A stretch of DNA of 64,000 nucleotides, from NCBI GenBank assembly GCA_963667465.2, contig CAXXDN010000002.1:320001-384000 (forward strand), given 5' to 3'. The DNA is from Dehalococcoidia bacterium (lineage in GTDB: Bacteria; Chloroflexota; Dehalococcoidia; UBA2979). The position numbers and the translations under genes were made by a program. Each line of letters opens with the position of its first letter. The first letter of the stretch is position 1. The notes under the pieces are model-generated. The model did no database searches. It worked only from the letters and a program-made list of their open reading frames with translations, and was not told the DNA's origin. Shown one piece after another: positions 8,441 to 17,651 of the stretch.

Positions 8441-9301
8441 GTGAGCGCGACCTACCGCACGCGCGAGATCGATGTCGGCGAGGCCGTGCTCGTCCTCGAC
8501 GAGTGGCCGGGCAAGGGCGCGCGTCCGGTGCTGTTCCTGCACGCCACCGGCTTCACGCGCGGCGTCTGGAGGCCGACGGCCGGAGCCCTGACCGATGCCT
8601 GCCGCCCGATCGCGCTCGACCTGCGCGGCCATGGCGGTTCGCACTGCGACCTGCCGGTCGGGCGCTGGGCCGAGCTGGCCGGCGACGTCGAGCGTCTCGC
8701 GGGCATCGAGAGCTGGTCCGGGCTCGTGATCGTCGGGCACTCGCTCGGCGGCGGCGTCGGCACGCTGCTCGCGCTGGAGCGTCCGGACCTCGTGGATGCG
8801 CTGCTGCTCATCGAGGCGCCGTTGAAGCCGCCGGACGGCGAAGGCGGCGGGAACGCGAGCGACATGGTCGAGGTCGCGCTGCGCCGCCGCTACGAGTGGC
8901 CGAGCCGCGCGGCCGCCGCTGAGCACCTGCGCGCCCGTCTGCCGTACAGGGCATGGGATACCGAGGTCTTCGCCGGCTTCGTCGACTCGGGCCTGCGGGC
9001 GGTCGGCTCCGCTGGCGCAGTGCAGCTGGCCTGCGCGCGAGAGACCGAGGCCGCCGTGTTTACCGGCGGCAGGGTTGGTGATCTGTGGGCCGCACTCCCG
9101 GAGCTCGAATGCCCCGTCTGGATCGGGCGTGGCACCGGCTCGCTCGGCCTCTTCTCGACAACCTCGGAGCAGGCGGCCTCGCTCCCGAAACGCGCCTACG
9201 AGTGGGTCGCCGAGGGCAGCGGTCACTTCGCGCCGCTCGAGCGCCCGCAGTGGGTGGAGGCGATGGTGCGCGAGGCGCTCGCGGTCCTCGACGGCTCGTA
9301 G
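8441..9301 (+). CDS. Alpha/beta hydrolase
   Basis: LFLHATG, DLRGHG, GHSLGG nucleophile elbow, GHF. Confidence 0.9.
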   Translation: MSATYRTREIDVGEAVLVLDEWPGKGARPVLFLHATGFTRGVWRPTAGALTDACRPIALDLRGHGGSHCDLPVGRWAELAGDVERLAGIESWSGLVIVGHSLGGGVGTLLALERPDLVDALLLIEAPLKPPDGEGGGNASDMVEVALRRRYEWPSRAAAAEHLRARLPYRAWDTEVFAGFVDSGLRAVGSAGAVQLACARETEAAVFTGGRVGDLWAALPELECPVWIGRGTGSLGLFSTTSEQAASLPKRAYEWVAEGSGHFAPLERPQWVEAMVREALAVLDGS

Positions 9302-9371
9302 CCGTCGCAACCCGCTAGCGCCGCGCCAGCCCGCGCCCATACGCTGATCGGGCAACGTTCACACGATCGAG

Positions 9372-11021
9372 GTGCACACGATGCAGCGTCGCCCGGCTCT
9401 GCCCGCCGCGCTCGTCCTGCTCGCCGCCGCGTGGCTCATTGCCTGTGGCGACGAGCGCGACGCCGCCGCACCCGCGACGGCGACGGCAGCACCCGAAACG
9501 CCGGCAGCGACGCCCACCGCCAGCCCCTCGATCGCGACGGCAACGCCGACCGCCGCGGTCGCGACGCCGACCTCCACGCCGAGGGCGACGCCCACGCCCC
9601 GGCCCACCTTCGAGGCGCCTCCCGGCGTCGACTCCGGGCCGATCTCCGACCGCGAGGCTGCGAACCTGCTGAACGCCTTCATTCACTCACCCGTGGAGGG
9701 GCCGGTACGGGAGGCGCTGTGGCGCATCGTGGCCGCTGAGGACCAACGCTTCGTCGCCGTGCTGATCGACATGCTGTTCGCGCGCCTTGCCCGCGTGATC
9801 TCGGTGGGACCTGACCGCTTCGAGTACGGGGACGCCCTCGACCTGCTCACCGGCCAGACGATCGGCTACGACTACTTCAGCTGGCTCAGGTGGTATGGAG
9901 CGACCGACCTGGTTCCGCCGCCCGGCTACCTGGGCTGGAAGGGCCGCCTGCTCGCGAACATCGACGAGCGTTTCCAGGACTTCCTGAACGACGAGCACGC
10001 CTCGGCGATCCGGGTCGAGGAGATCGTCTGGGGCGGTGTAGGCGTCGACGGCATCCCGCCGCTCGACCTCCCGCGCACGATCGCTCCGGAAGCGGCGGAC
10101 TGGTTGGGGCCGGAGGAGGTGGTCTTCGGCATCTTCATCAACGGCGAGGCGCGCGCCTACCCGCTGCGGATCATGGACTGGCACGAGCTGGCGAACGACA
10201 TCGTCGGAGGCGTGCCGTTCTCGCTCGCCTACTGCACGCTCTGCGGCGCTGGCATCGCCTACGACGGCCGCGCGCCGAACGGCGAGCTGTATACCTTCAG
10301 CACCTCGGGCTTCCTCTACCGCAGCAACAAGCTGATGTACGACCGCGTCACGCGCACGCTCTGGAACCAGTTCACCGGCAAGCCCGTGCTCGGCGAACTC
10401 GTCGGCGCGGCCGACACCGAGGGCAACCCGCTCCAGCTCAGCCTGCTCCCGGTCGTGCTCACCAGCTGGGAGGACTGGCTCGCCCAGCACCCCGAGACGG
10501 ACGTGATCGACATCAACACCGGCTACTACCGCCCCTACGAGCCCGGTATGGCCTACGGCGAGTACTTCTCCGAGAGCGGCACCCTGTTCCCGGTCTGGCT
10601 CGAGAGCAACGAGCTGAGCCTCAAGAACTTCGTCTACGGCCTCCGCATCGGCGGCGACCGCAAGGCCTACCGGCTGACCGCGATCGCCAGGGAGCGCGTC
10701 GTCAACGACGCCGTCGGCGATCAGCAGGTCGTGCTCGTCGCCGCCCGCGGCGAGGTCCAGACCGAGGGCGCCAACGAGCGCAGCGGCCCGGTCGTCTACA
10801 ACTCCGGCGGCGAGGTGCGAGCCTTCGCGCGCGACCGCTTCTTCACGCCCGGCGACGGCCCCGACGTGCTGCTCGACGCCGCGGGCGGCGAGTGGCGCTT
10901 GACCGAGGAGGCGCTGCTCGGTCCCCGCGGCGAACGCCTCGAGCGGATCAACGGCCACCTCGCCTACTGGTTCGGCTGGTACGCCTTCTACCCAAACACC
11001 GAGGTCTACGGCGCGAACTGA
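9372..11021 (+). CDS. DUF3179-family lipoprotein
   Basis: Lipobox LIAC, Pro/Thr linker, DGIPP, RAYP...[29 protein letters not shown]; start may be ATG 9381. Confidence 0.85.
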   Translation: MHTMQRRPALPAALVLLAAAWLIACGDERDAAAPATATAAPETPAATPTASPSIATATPTAAVATPTSTPRATPTPRPTFEAPPGVDSGPISDREAANLLNAFIHSPVEGPVREALWRIVAAEDQRFVAVLIDMLFARLARVISVGPDRFEYGDALDLLTGQTIGYDYFSWLRWYGATDLVPPPGYLGWKGRLLANIDERFQDFLNDEHASAIRVEEIVWGGVGVDGIPPLDLPRTIAPEAADWLGPEEVVFGIFINGEARAYPLRIMDWHELANDIVGGVPFSLAYCTLCGAGIAYDGRAPNGELYTFSTSGFLYRSNKLMYDRVTRTLWNQFTGKPVLGELVGAADTEGNPLQLSLLPVVLTSWEDWLAQHPETDVIDINTGYYRPYEPGMAYGEYFSESGTLFPVWLESNELSLKNFVYGLRIGGDRKAYRLTAIARERVVNDAVGDQQVVLVAARGEVQTEGANERSGPVVYNSGGEVRAFARDRFFTPGDGPDVLLDAAGGEWRLTEEALLGPRGERLERINGHLAYWFGWYAFYPNTEVYGAN

Positions 11022-11094
11022 CCCGGTCCAGCGTCCCGCGGGTCCATTCGAGGCTGGCCGCGTAGAATCGCGCCCGGCGGAAGGAGCTACCGCG

Positions 11095-11913
11095 ATGGAG
11101 CAACTCGAAGGCAAGGTCGCCGTCGTCACCGGTGGTGGCAGCGGCATCGGCGAGGGCATCGCCCAGGCCTGCGCGGACGCGGGGATGCGCGTCGTGATCG
11201 CGGACATCGAGACCGGTGCAGCGGAGCGCGTCGCGAACGCGCTCCGCGAGACGGGCGCCGAGGCGATCGCCGTGCAGACGGACGTGACGGACCGGGACGC
11301 CCTCGACGCGCTCGCTGATGCGGCCTACGAGGCCTTCGGCGCGGTCCACCTGCTCTGCAACAACGCGGGCGTGATCTCGGTCGGCGAGATCGCCTCGACC
11401 ACGCCGGGCGACTGGCAGTGGCTCTTCGGCGTCAACCTTTTCGGCGTCGTGCACGGCATCCAGGCGTTCGTGCCGCGAATGCGCGAGCAGGGTGGCGAGG
11501 CGCACATCGTGAACACTGGCTCGATGTCCAGCATCGCGGCCACGCGCGCCGTGCAGGTCGGCGTCTACTGCGCGACGAAGCACGCCGTCCTCGGCCTCTC
11601 GGAGACGCTGCGCAACGAGCTCGAGGGCGACGGGATCGGCGTCTCGATCATCTGCCCCAGCGGTGTCGCGACGCAGCTCTTCGCCGCCGACCGCAACCTG
11701 CCCGACGAGCTGCGCGGCCGTGTGACGCCGCGCGTCGAGGAGCGGCGGGACGTCGCACGGATCGCGCCGCGCGAGGTCGGCGCGATGGTGGTCGACGCCG
11801 TGCGCGCCAACCGTTTCTGGATCATCACGCACCCGGAACGGCGGGCCACGATCGAGGAGCGCTCCGCGGGCCTGCTCGCGGCGTTCGACGAGGCCGCCGC
11901 GAGCCAGGCGTAA
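11095..11913 (+). CDS. Short-chain dehydrogenase/reductase (copy 1 of 4)
   Basis: TGGGSGIG, NNAG, YCATK. Confidence 0.93.
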   Translation: MEQLEGKVAVVTGGGSGIGEGIAQACADAGMRVVIADIETGAAERVANALRETGAEAIAVQTDVTDRDALDALADAAYEAFGAVHLLCNNAGVISVGEIASTTPGDWQWLFGVNLFGVVHGIQAFVPRMREQGGEAHIVNTGSMSSIAATRAVQVGVYCATKHAVLGLSETLRNELEGDGIGVSIICPSGVATQLFAADRNLPDELRGRVTPRVEERRDVARIAPREVGAMVVDAVRANRFWIITHPERRATIEERSAGLLAAFDEAAASQA

Positions 11914-11964
11914 CGAAGCCGGCAGAGCGGGCCAGCCAGGACGCACCGGAAGGAGCGATCGGCG

Positions 11965-12783
11965 ATGGAGCAACTCGAGGGCAAGGTGGCCGTCGTCACC
12001 GGCGGTGGCAGCGGCATTGGCGAAGGCATCGCCCGCGCGTGCGCGGACGCCGGGATGCGCCTCGTCATCGCGGACATCGAGGCGGACGCAGCCCAGCGGG
12101 TAGCCGACTCGCTGCGCGAGCCCGGCCGCGAGGCAATCGCCGTGCGTACGGACGTGACGGACCGTGCTGCCCTCGATGCGCTCGCCGACGCGGCGTACGA
12201 GGCGTTCGGCGAGGTCAACCTGCTGTGCAACAACGCCGGCGTGATCTCGGTCGGCGAGATCGCCTCGACAACGCCGGAGGACTGGCAGTGGCTGTTCGGC
12301 GTCAATCTCTTCGGCGTCGTGCACGGCATCCAGGCGTTCGTGCCGCGGATGCGCGAGCAGGCCGGCGAGGCTCACATTGTGAATACCGGGTCGCTGGCCA
12401 GCGTCTCGATCACGCGCGCGGTCGATGTCGGCGTGTACTGCGCGACGAAGCACGCCGTCCTCGGTCTCTCGGAGACGCTGCGCAACGAGCTCGAGGCTGA
12501 CGGCATCGGCGTCTCGATCCTCTGCCCGGGCGGAGTGGCGACGCAGTTGTTCGCAGCCGACCGGAACCTTCCCGAGGACCTGCGCGGCCACGTCACGCCA
12601 CCCGTGCGGGAGCGCGATGACGTCGATCGGATGCAACCGCGCGAGGTGGGCGAGCGGGTGGTGCAGGCTGTCCGCGACAACCGCTTCTGGATCATCACGC
12701 ATCCCGAATTCCGCGGCATGATCGAGCGGCGCACGCAGCGCCTGCTCGACGCGTTCGACGAGGCCGCGGCCAGCGCCGGATAG
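11965..12783 (+). CDS. Short-chain dehydrogenase/reductase (copy 2 of 4)
   Basis: TGGGSGIG, NNAG, YCATK. Confidence 0.93.
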   Translation: MEQLEGKVAVVTGGGSGIGEGIARACADAGMRLVIADIEADAAQRVADSLREPGREAIAVRTDVTDRAALDALADAAYEAFGEVNLLCNNAGVISVGEIASTTPEDWQWLFGVNLFGVVHGIQAFVPRMREQAGEAHIVNTGSLASVSITRAVDVGVYCATKHAVLGLSETLRNELEADGIGVSILCPGGVATQLFAADRNLPEDLRGHVTPPVRERDDVDRMQPREVGERVVQAVRDNRFWIITHPEFRGMIERRTQRLLDAFDEAAASAG

Positions 12784-12820
12784 CACGCGCGAGGGCGATC
12801 AGCGAAAAGGAGGCAGGGCA

Positions 12821-13636
12821 ATGGAGCAACTCGAGGGAAAGGTGGCCGTCGTCACCGGCGCCGGCAGCGGCGTTGGCGAGGGCATCATCGAGGCCTGCGT
12901 GGATGCCGGGATGCGCGTCGTCGTGGCCGACATCGATCTCGAAGGAGCCGAGCGTGTCGCCTCGGCGGCCCGCGAGCGGGGGGCCGAGGCGATCGCGGTG
13001 CAGGTGGACGTCTCCGACCGGATCGCGATGGACGCGCTCGCCGACCGCGCCTACGAGGAGTTCGGGGAGGTCAACCTGCTCTGCTGCAACGCGGGGGTCA
13101 TCGTCGAGACTACGATCGAGGACAGCACGGACGCGGACTGGGAGTGGCTGTTCCGCGTGAACGTGATGGGCGTGGTGCACGGCGCGCAGGCATTCGCCCC
13201 GCGCATGCGAGAGCAGGAGGGCGCCGCGCACATCGTCAATACCGGCTCGATCGCCGGCATCTTCGTGCCGCCACTGGACGTCGGCACCTACGCGGCGAGC
13301 AAGCACGCCGTCATCGCCATCTCCGACCGGCTCCGCCACGAGGTCGCCGACGCCGGCATCGGTGTCTCCGTGCTCTGTCCGGGCGGGGTCACGACCCGGC
13401 TGTTCGAGGGGCATCGCAACGTGCCCGCCGACCTCGCCGACAGCGTCACTCCCGCCACGCGCATGGACGGCGCAGGGGGCATGGCGCCCGCCGAGGTCGG
13501 CAAGCGAGTCCTCGACCACGTGCAAGCGGACCGCTTCTGGATCATCACGCACCCGAGGGACGACGACCGCGGGCGGCTCGAGGAGCGCTACGGAGGCCTG
13601 CGCGACGCCTACGAGTGGGCCCTCGAGCGCTCGTGA
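12821..13636 (+). CDS. Short-chain dehydrogenase/reductase (copy 3 of 4)
   Basis: TGAGSGVG, CNAG, YAASK. Confidence 0.93.
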   Translation: MEQLEGKVAVVTGAGSGVGEGIIEACVDAGMRVVVADIDLEGAERVASAARERGAEAIAVQVDVSDRIAMDALADRAYEEFGEVNLLCCNAGVIVETTIEDSTDADWEWLFRVNVMGVVHGAQAFAPRMREQEGAAHIVNTGSIAGIFVPPLDVGTYAASKHAVIAISDRLRHEVADAGIGVSVLCPGGVTTRLFEGHRNVPADLADSVTPATRMDGAGGMAPAEVGKRVLDHVQADRFWIITHPRDDDRGRLEERYGGLRDAYEWALERS

Positions 13637-13681
13637 GCGCCTCCCGAGAGCGGGGCGCAGCGGCGTAGGGAGACAACGGCG

Positions 13682-14491
13682 ATGGACCAACTCGAAGGCA
13701 AGGTGGCCGTCATCACGGGCGGCGGCAGCGGGATCGGCCAGGGCATCGTCGGCGCCTGCGTCGAGGCCGGGATGCGCGTCGTCGTCGCCGACATTGATCT
13801 CGACAGCGCGGAGCGTGTCGCCTCGGCGGCCCGCGAGAGCGGCGTCGACGCGATCGCGGTGCAGGTGGACGTCTCCGACCGCGTCGCGATGGACACCCTC
13901 GCGGAGCGCGCCTACGAGGAGTTCGGCGAGGTCAACCTGCTCTGCTGCAACGCGGGCGTGATCGTCGAGACCTCGATCGTGGACAGCACGGACGCCGATT
14001 GGGAGTGGCTGTTCCGCGTCAACGTGCTGGGTGCGGTGCACGGCGCCCAGACGTTCGTCCCGCGCATGCGCGACCAGGAGGGCGAGGCGCACGTCGTCAA
14101 CACCTCCTCGATGGCCGGGATCACCGTGCCGCCGGTGAACGTCTCCACCTACGCGGCCAGCAAGCACGCGGTCGTCGCCCTCACGGATCGCCTCCGCCAC
14201 GAGGTGGTCGAGGACGGCATCGGCGTCTCCGTACTCTGCCCGGGCGGGGTGGCCAGCCGGCTGTTCGAGGGCCATCGCCACGTGCCGGAGGACCTCGCCG
14301 ACAAGGTCACGCCCGCGCTGCGTACCGAGGGCCGCGGCCGCATGTCGCCCGCGCTCGTCGGCAAGCGAGTGCTGGACGCCGTGCAGGCCGGCCGCTTCTG
14401 GATCATCACGCACCCGCGCGAACGGGAGCGTGTCGACGAGCGCTACGAGGAGCTCCTCGCCGACTTCGCCTGGGCGCTGGAGCGTTCGTGA
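13682..14491 (+). CDS. Short-chain dehydrogenase/reductase (copy 4 of 4)
   Basis: TGGGSGIG, CNAG, YAASK. Confidence 0.93.
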   Translation: MDQLEGKVAVITGGGSGIGQGIVGACVEAGMRVVVADIDLDSAERVASAARESGVDAIAVQVDVSDRVAMDTLAERAYEEFGEVNLLCCNAGVIVETSIVDSTDADWEWLFRVNVLGAVHGAQTFVPRMRDQEGEAHVVNTSSMAGITVPPVNVSTYAASKHAVVALTDRLRHEVVEDGIGVSVLCPGGVASRLFEGHRHVPEDLADKVTPALRTEGRGRMSPALVGKRVLDAVQAGRFWIITHPRERERVDERYEELLADFAWALERS

Positions 14492-14958
14492 GCGCCGCCA
14501 GCCCCGTTGCCGCCGCGCGCCGCGAGATCGAGCGGCTCGTCTACTACTACGCCGAGCTGCAGGACGCCGCGGACTGGGACGCCATCGCGGACATGTTCGA
14601 GCACGGCGACTTCGTGGCGGACTCGGGCGTGGGCTGGCGCGGCAAAGCGATCGCGGAGCGCCGCACGGCCAACGTGCGCGCCTACTTCGACGGCACGCCG
14701 CGCACCCGCCACGTCACGACGAACCTGACGATCGACATCGACCTCGATCGTGGCGAGGCAAGCGCCGAGTCCTGCTACACCATCCTGCAGGGCCCGCCCG
14801 CGTTGCCGCTCCAGCCGATCGCGGCCGGTCGCTACATCGACCGTTTCGAGTACGTCGGCGGCGCCTGGCGCTTCACCTACCGTCGCAGCGCCCTCGACCT
14901 GCTCAACCGCTTCGACGCCTTCCGCCGCGACTACGAGCCGCCCGAGGACGCCTCGTAG
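14488..14958 (+). CDS. NTF2/SnoaL-like protein
   Basis: GTG overlapping the SDR stop (GTGA); IERLVYYYAELQD, TRHVTTN, GRYIDRF...WRF. Confidence 0.85.
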   Translation: MSAASPVAAARREIERLVYYYAELQDAADWDAIADMFEHGDFVADSGVGWRGKAIAERRTANVRAYFDGTPRTRHVTTNLTIDIDLDRGEASAESCYTILQGPPALPLQPIAAGRYIDRFEYVGGAWRFTYRRSALDLLNRFDAFRRDYEPPEDAS

Positions 14959-15043
14959 GACCCCCATCCTGGACGAGCACGCGCTGCGCGCGGCTCTGGC
15001 CCGCCCCACCCGCCCTCAGTGGATGCGGGGCTGCGCCCGCCGA

Positions 15044-15070
15044 CTGGATTCCGGCTTTCGCCGGAATGAC
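15044..15070. repeat. REP-like palindrome
   Basis: CTGGATTCCGGCTTTCGCCGGAATGAC, hairpin ATTCCGGC-TTTC-GCCGGAAT; resembles the widespread GTCATTCC...GGAATCCAG extragenic repeat type. Confidence 0.7.
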
Positions 15071-15126
15071 GGGGAGGGGATCCGGCCCCCTCTTCCGGGG
15101 GAGAGACACCCCAGGGTGCTAAGGCG

Positions 15127-16350
15127 TCAAGCGGCGAGCTGTTCGCGGTCGTGGCGGTGCGCCCAGGCGGTGGCCTCGTCGTAGGGGCGACGTGCCTTCA
15201 GGCAGCCGTGGAGGTAGCCGACGAGGCGGTTGCCGAGAGCGCGCAGCGCCTGGTGGTGGAGGTCGCCCGCGGCGCGGCGGCGGTGGTAGAAGTCATGGCA
15301 GCCGGGGCTCGCCTGCAGCGAGCAGAGCGCCCAGCGGTCCACGGCGTCGGCGAGCCGGCGGTTGCGCACGAAGCGGGCGCGCACGCTGCGCTTGCGGCCC
15401 GATGCTACGGTGAGCGGCGAGGTGCCGGCGTAGTTCCTGCGGGACTTCGCCGACTCGTAGCGTTCGGGGTCGTCCCCGAACTCGCCGAGCACCCGGGCGC
15501 CGAGCACGACACCGAGACCGGGCAGGGAACGGTAGATTGCGGCGTCCGGGTGCTGCTCAAAATGGCTCGTGAGCGCGGCCTCGAGCTCCGTAAGCTGACG
15601 GTTGATCTCGCTGATCTGCGCGACCGCCGCGCGGGTGCTCGCGGCGAACGCCCGGCTCACGGCAGGCGGCGCCTCGAGTTGCGGGGAGCGCAGCGCGTCG
15701 CGCACCGCGGCGGCGCGCCGCTCGAGGTTGCGCTGACGTCCGCCGCGGCGCAGCGCCGAGCGGATCTTCGACGTGCTCAGGCGCGCCGCCTCGCGCGGCT
15801 CGCTCGCCCGCGCCAGCACGCCCAGGGCGTCGCCGTGCGCGAGGCTGGGGAAGGCCTGCAGGGCAGCCGGGAAATACTCCCTGAGGGCGTTGCGCAGCCG
15901 GTTGGTCTGGCGCACGCGGTCCCAGATCAGCTGCTGGTGGGCGCGGGCGAGGATGCGCACCGCGGCAGCCTCGTCGCTGTCGCCGGCCAGCGGACGGTGG
16001 TTGTGGCGGTCGGTGCGCACGAGGTCGGCGAGCAGCTTCGCGTCGGCGGCGTCGGACTTGGCGCCGCCCAGGTGGTGACGCTCACGGTAGCGCGCCGCCG
16101 AGCGGGGGTTGATCGCGTAGACGCGGTAGCCGGCCGCGAGCAGGGCCGTGACCCAGGGTCCGCGGTCGGTCTCGATGCCGACCACGACCGCGCCCGGGTC
16201 TGAGGCGTGCTCGGCAACCAGTTCGTGCAGCACGGCGACGCCCGCGACGCCCTCGGGCAGCCGCCTGGCGGCGAGCCGTTCGCCGGCCTCGTTCATGAGC
16301 TGGACATCGTGGTGGTCTTCGGACCAGTCGTCACCGACGTAGAGGGTCAT
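15127..16350 (-). CDS. IS110 transposase (DEDD RuvC + Tnp domain bridge recombinase)
   Basis: YVGDDW, GIETD, INP, KSDAADA, SLPGLG, YAGTSP...SG catalytic-Ser motif. Confidence 0.95.
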   Translation of the reverse strand: MTLYVGDDWSEDHHDVQLMNEAGERLAARRLPEGVAGVAVLHELVAEHASDPGAVVVGIETDRGPWVTALLAAGYRVYAINPRSAARYRERHHLGGAKSDAADAKLLADLVRTDRHNHRPLAGDSDEAAAVRILARAHQQLIWDRVRQTNRLRNALREYFPAALQAFPSLAHGDALGVLARASEPREAARLSTSKIRSALRRGGRQRNLERRAAAVRDALRSPQLEAPPAVSRAFAASTRAAVAQISEINRQLTELEAALTSHFEQHPDAAIYRSLPGLGVVLGARVLGEFGDDPERYESAKSRRNYAGTSPLTVASGRKRSVRARFVRNRRLADAVDRWALCSLQASPGCHDFYHRRRAAGDLHHQALRALGNRLVGYLHGCLKARRPYDEATAWAHRHDREQLAA

Positions 16351-16359
16351 CGTGCCTCG

Positions 16360-16590
16360 CTTTCCTGCGCTTCGTGCTGCTGTTTGCGACCTGCCGGGCT
16401 GGTCCTGCGACGGCCTAATGGACCAGTGCTCTCGGGCACGACACCCCAGGAGTGCTGTGGACCACCCGGACACACCAGCCGGGGCACGGTCTCTCCCTGG
16501 AGATCGCAGTGTCTCGGGGAGGGGCAGTGCTCACCGGCCGGCCGGTCCAAGACCAGTCTCCCAGATCGCTCCAGGGTCCGGTCGAACCCC
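16360..16590 (-). ncRNA. Predicted IS110 bridge RNA (target-binding and donor-binding loops)
   Basis: Two stem-internal loop-stem units with guides GGGAGAG (16491-16497), CTGCCCCT (16520-16527), CCTGGGGTGTC (16440-16450) and CCATTAG (16415-16421) matching target and donor; RNA ends approximate. Confidence 0.8.
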
Positions 16591-16690
16591 ATTAGGGTGG
16601 GGGTGAGGGGGCTCGCCCAACGCAGCTCGCGACCTCGGTTGGTTGTTACGCCCCTCCGGCCGGGGCGTGGAGCGCCGCTGTGCAGCCTCG

Positions 16691-17116
16691 TTAGAACGCG
16701 CGGTGCGTATCGATACGGCCGACGAGGTCCACGTGGGAGCGGCGGTAGAGGAAGCGCCACTCGCCGTCGACGCGCTCGAAGTGGTCGTGGTAGCGGCCCG
16801 CGACGATCGGCTCCAGCGGGAGCGTGTCCGTGCCCTGGAAGACCGTGTAGTACGAGTCAGCCGAGGCCGAGTTGTTCTCCTCGTCCACATCGATGGTGAT
16901 GTTCGTGGTGACGTGCTTCGTGGCGAGCTTGCCGTCATGCAGGATGTTCGAGCGCTTGCGGTGCGCGGACACCTCCGGACCGAGGAACGACTTGCCGTCG
17001 CCGCGCTGGAAGATCCCGTGCGAGAACAGCTCGGCGACCGCGTCGAAGTCGGCGGCGTCCTGCAACTCCGAGTAGTGGAACATCAGGCGGCGAATCGCCT
17101 GCTCGCTGGTGCTCAT
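16691..17116 (-). CDS. NTF2/SnoaL-like protein
   Basis: IRRLMFHYSELQDAADFD, TKHVTTN, GRYHDHF...WRF; paralog of 14488-14958. Confidence 0.85.
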   Translation of the reverse strand: MSTSEQAIRRLMFHYSELQDAADFDAVAELFSHGIFQRGDGKSFLGPEVSAHRKRSNILHDGKLATKHVTTNITIDVDEENNSASADSYYTVFQGTDTLPLEPIVAGRYHDHFERVDGEWRFLYRRSHVDLVGRIDTHRAF

Positions 17117-17154
17117 CGGCCGTCCGCCCTGTCAGGCTGTCCCGGCGGGCCCCG

Positions 17155-17532
17155 CTAGCCGGTGACCTCGGTCACGCTGTCGGCGGTGGTGACGGTGATG
17201 TGGGACATCGGCGAACCGGTGTCGCCCGCGCCGTGCCAGTGATCCTCGCCCGCGGGCACGAGGGCGAAGTCGCCCGCGCTGATCACTTCCTCGCTGTCCG
17301 CGGTGCCGACCTTGCCGATGCCGGCGACGACATAGAGCATCTGGTCGCTGCTATGGCGGTGCATGCGCGTGCGCGCGCCCGCCCCGAACTGCACGATGCC
17401 GAAGCTCATGTCTTGCCCGCGGCCCGTGTCGCCGCCCGCGAGGCGCCGCGCCCAGACCTGCCCGCCCGTGAAGATCTCGGCGGGTGTGCTTTCCGATGTC
17501 TCACCCTCGGAGGACTTGATCACCTCGACCAT
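17155..17532 (-). CDS. Cupin-domain protein
   Basis: FTGGQVW, HRH..DQ, GD...VPAGEDHWHGA; GGGAG RBS. Confidence 0.85.
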   Translation of the reverse strand: MVEVIKSSEGETSESTPAEIFTGGQVWARRLAGGDTGRGQDMSFGIVQFGAGARTRMHRHSSDQMLYVVAGIGKVGTADSEEVISAGDFALVPAGEDHWHGAGDTGSPMSHITVTTADSVTEVTG

Positions 17533-17651
17533 GCTGTTGCTCCCATCCGTGTAGAGCCGTCTCCGCGTCGCCGTGCGAAGCGTGCAGGCGGACGTTAGAG
17601 GCGAGGGCGCGGCGCTGTCAAAGCGCGCCGCGAATCCGGCTCGGTGCGCCC

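Larger units (their letters stand above)
15104..16595 (-). mobile_element. IS110-family insertion sequence (about 1.49 kb, CT core at both ends, no terminal inverted repeats)
   Basis: Transposase plus about 245-bp non-coding end; minus-strand ends CT-AATGGGGTTCG... and ...CCCTGGGGTGT-CT; removal restores a continuous CCCTCACCCCCACC-CT-CTCCCCC repeat. Confidence 0.9.

Noticed and set aside
9372-11021. Selenoprotein form of DUF3179
   Set aside because: Motif is CTLC with ordinary Cys codons and the frame is uninterrupted
16347-16760. Small ORFs in the IS110 non-coding end
   Set aside because: No protein features; the region is better explained as bridge RNA plus flank
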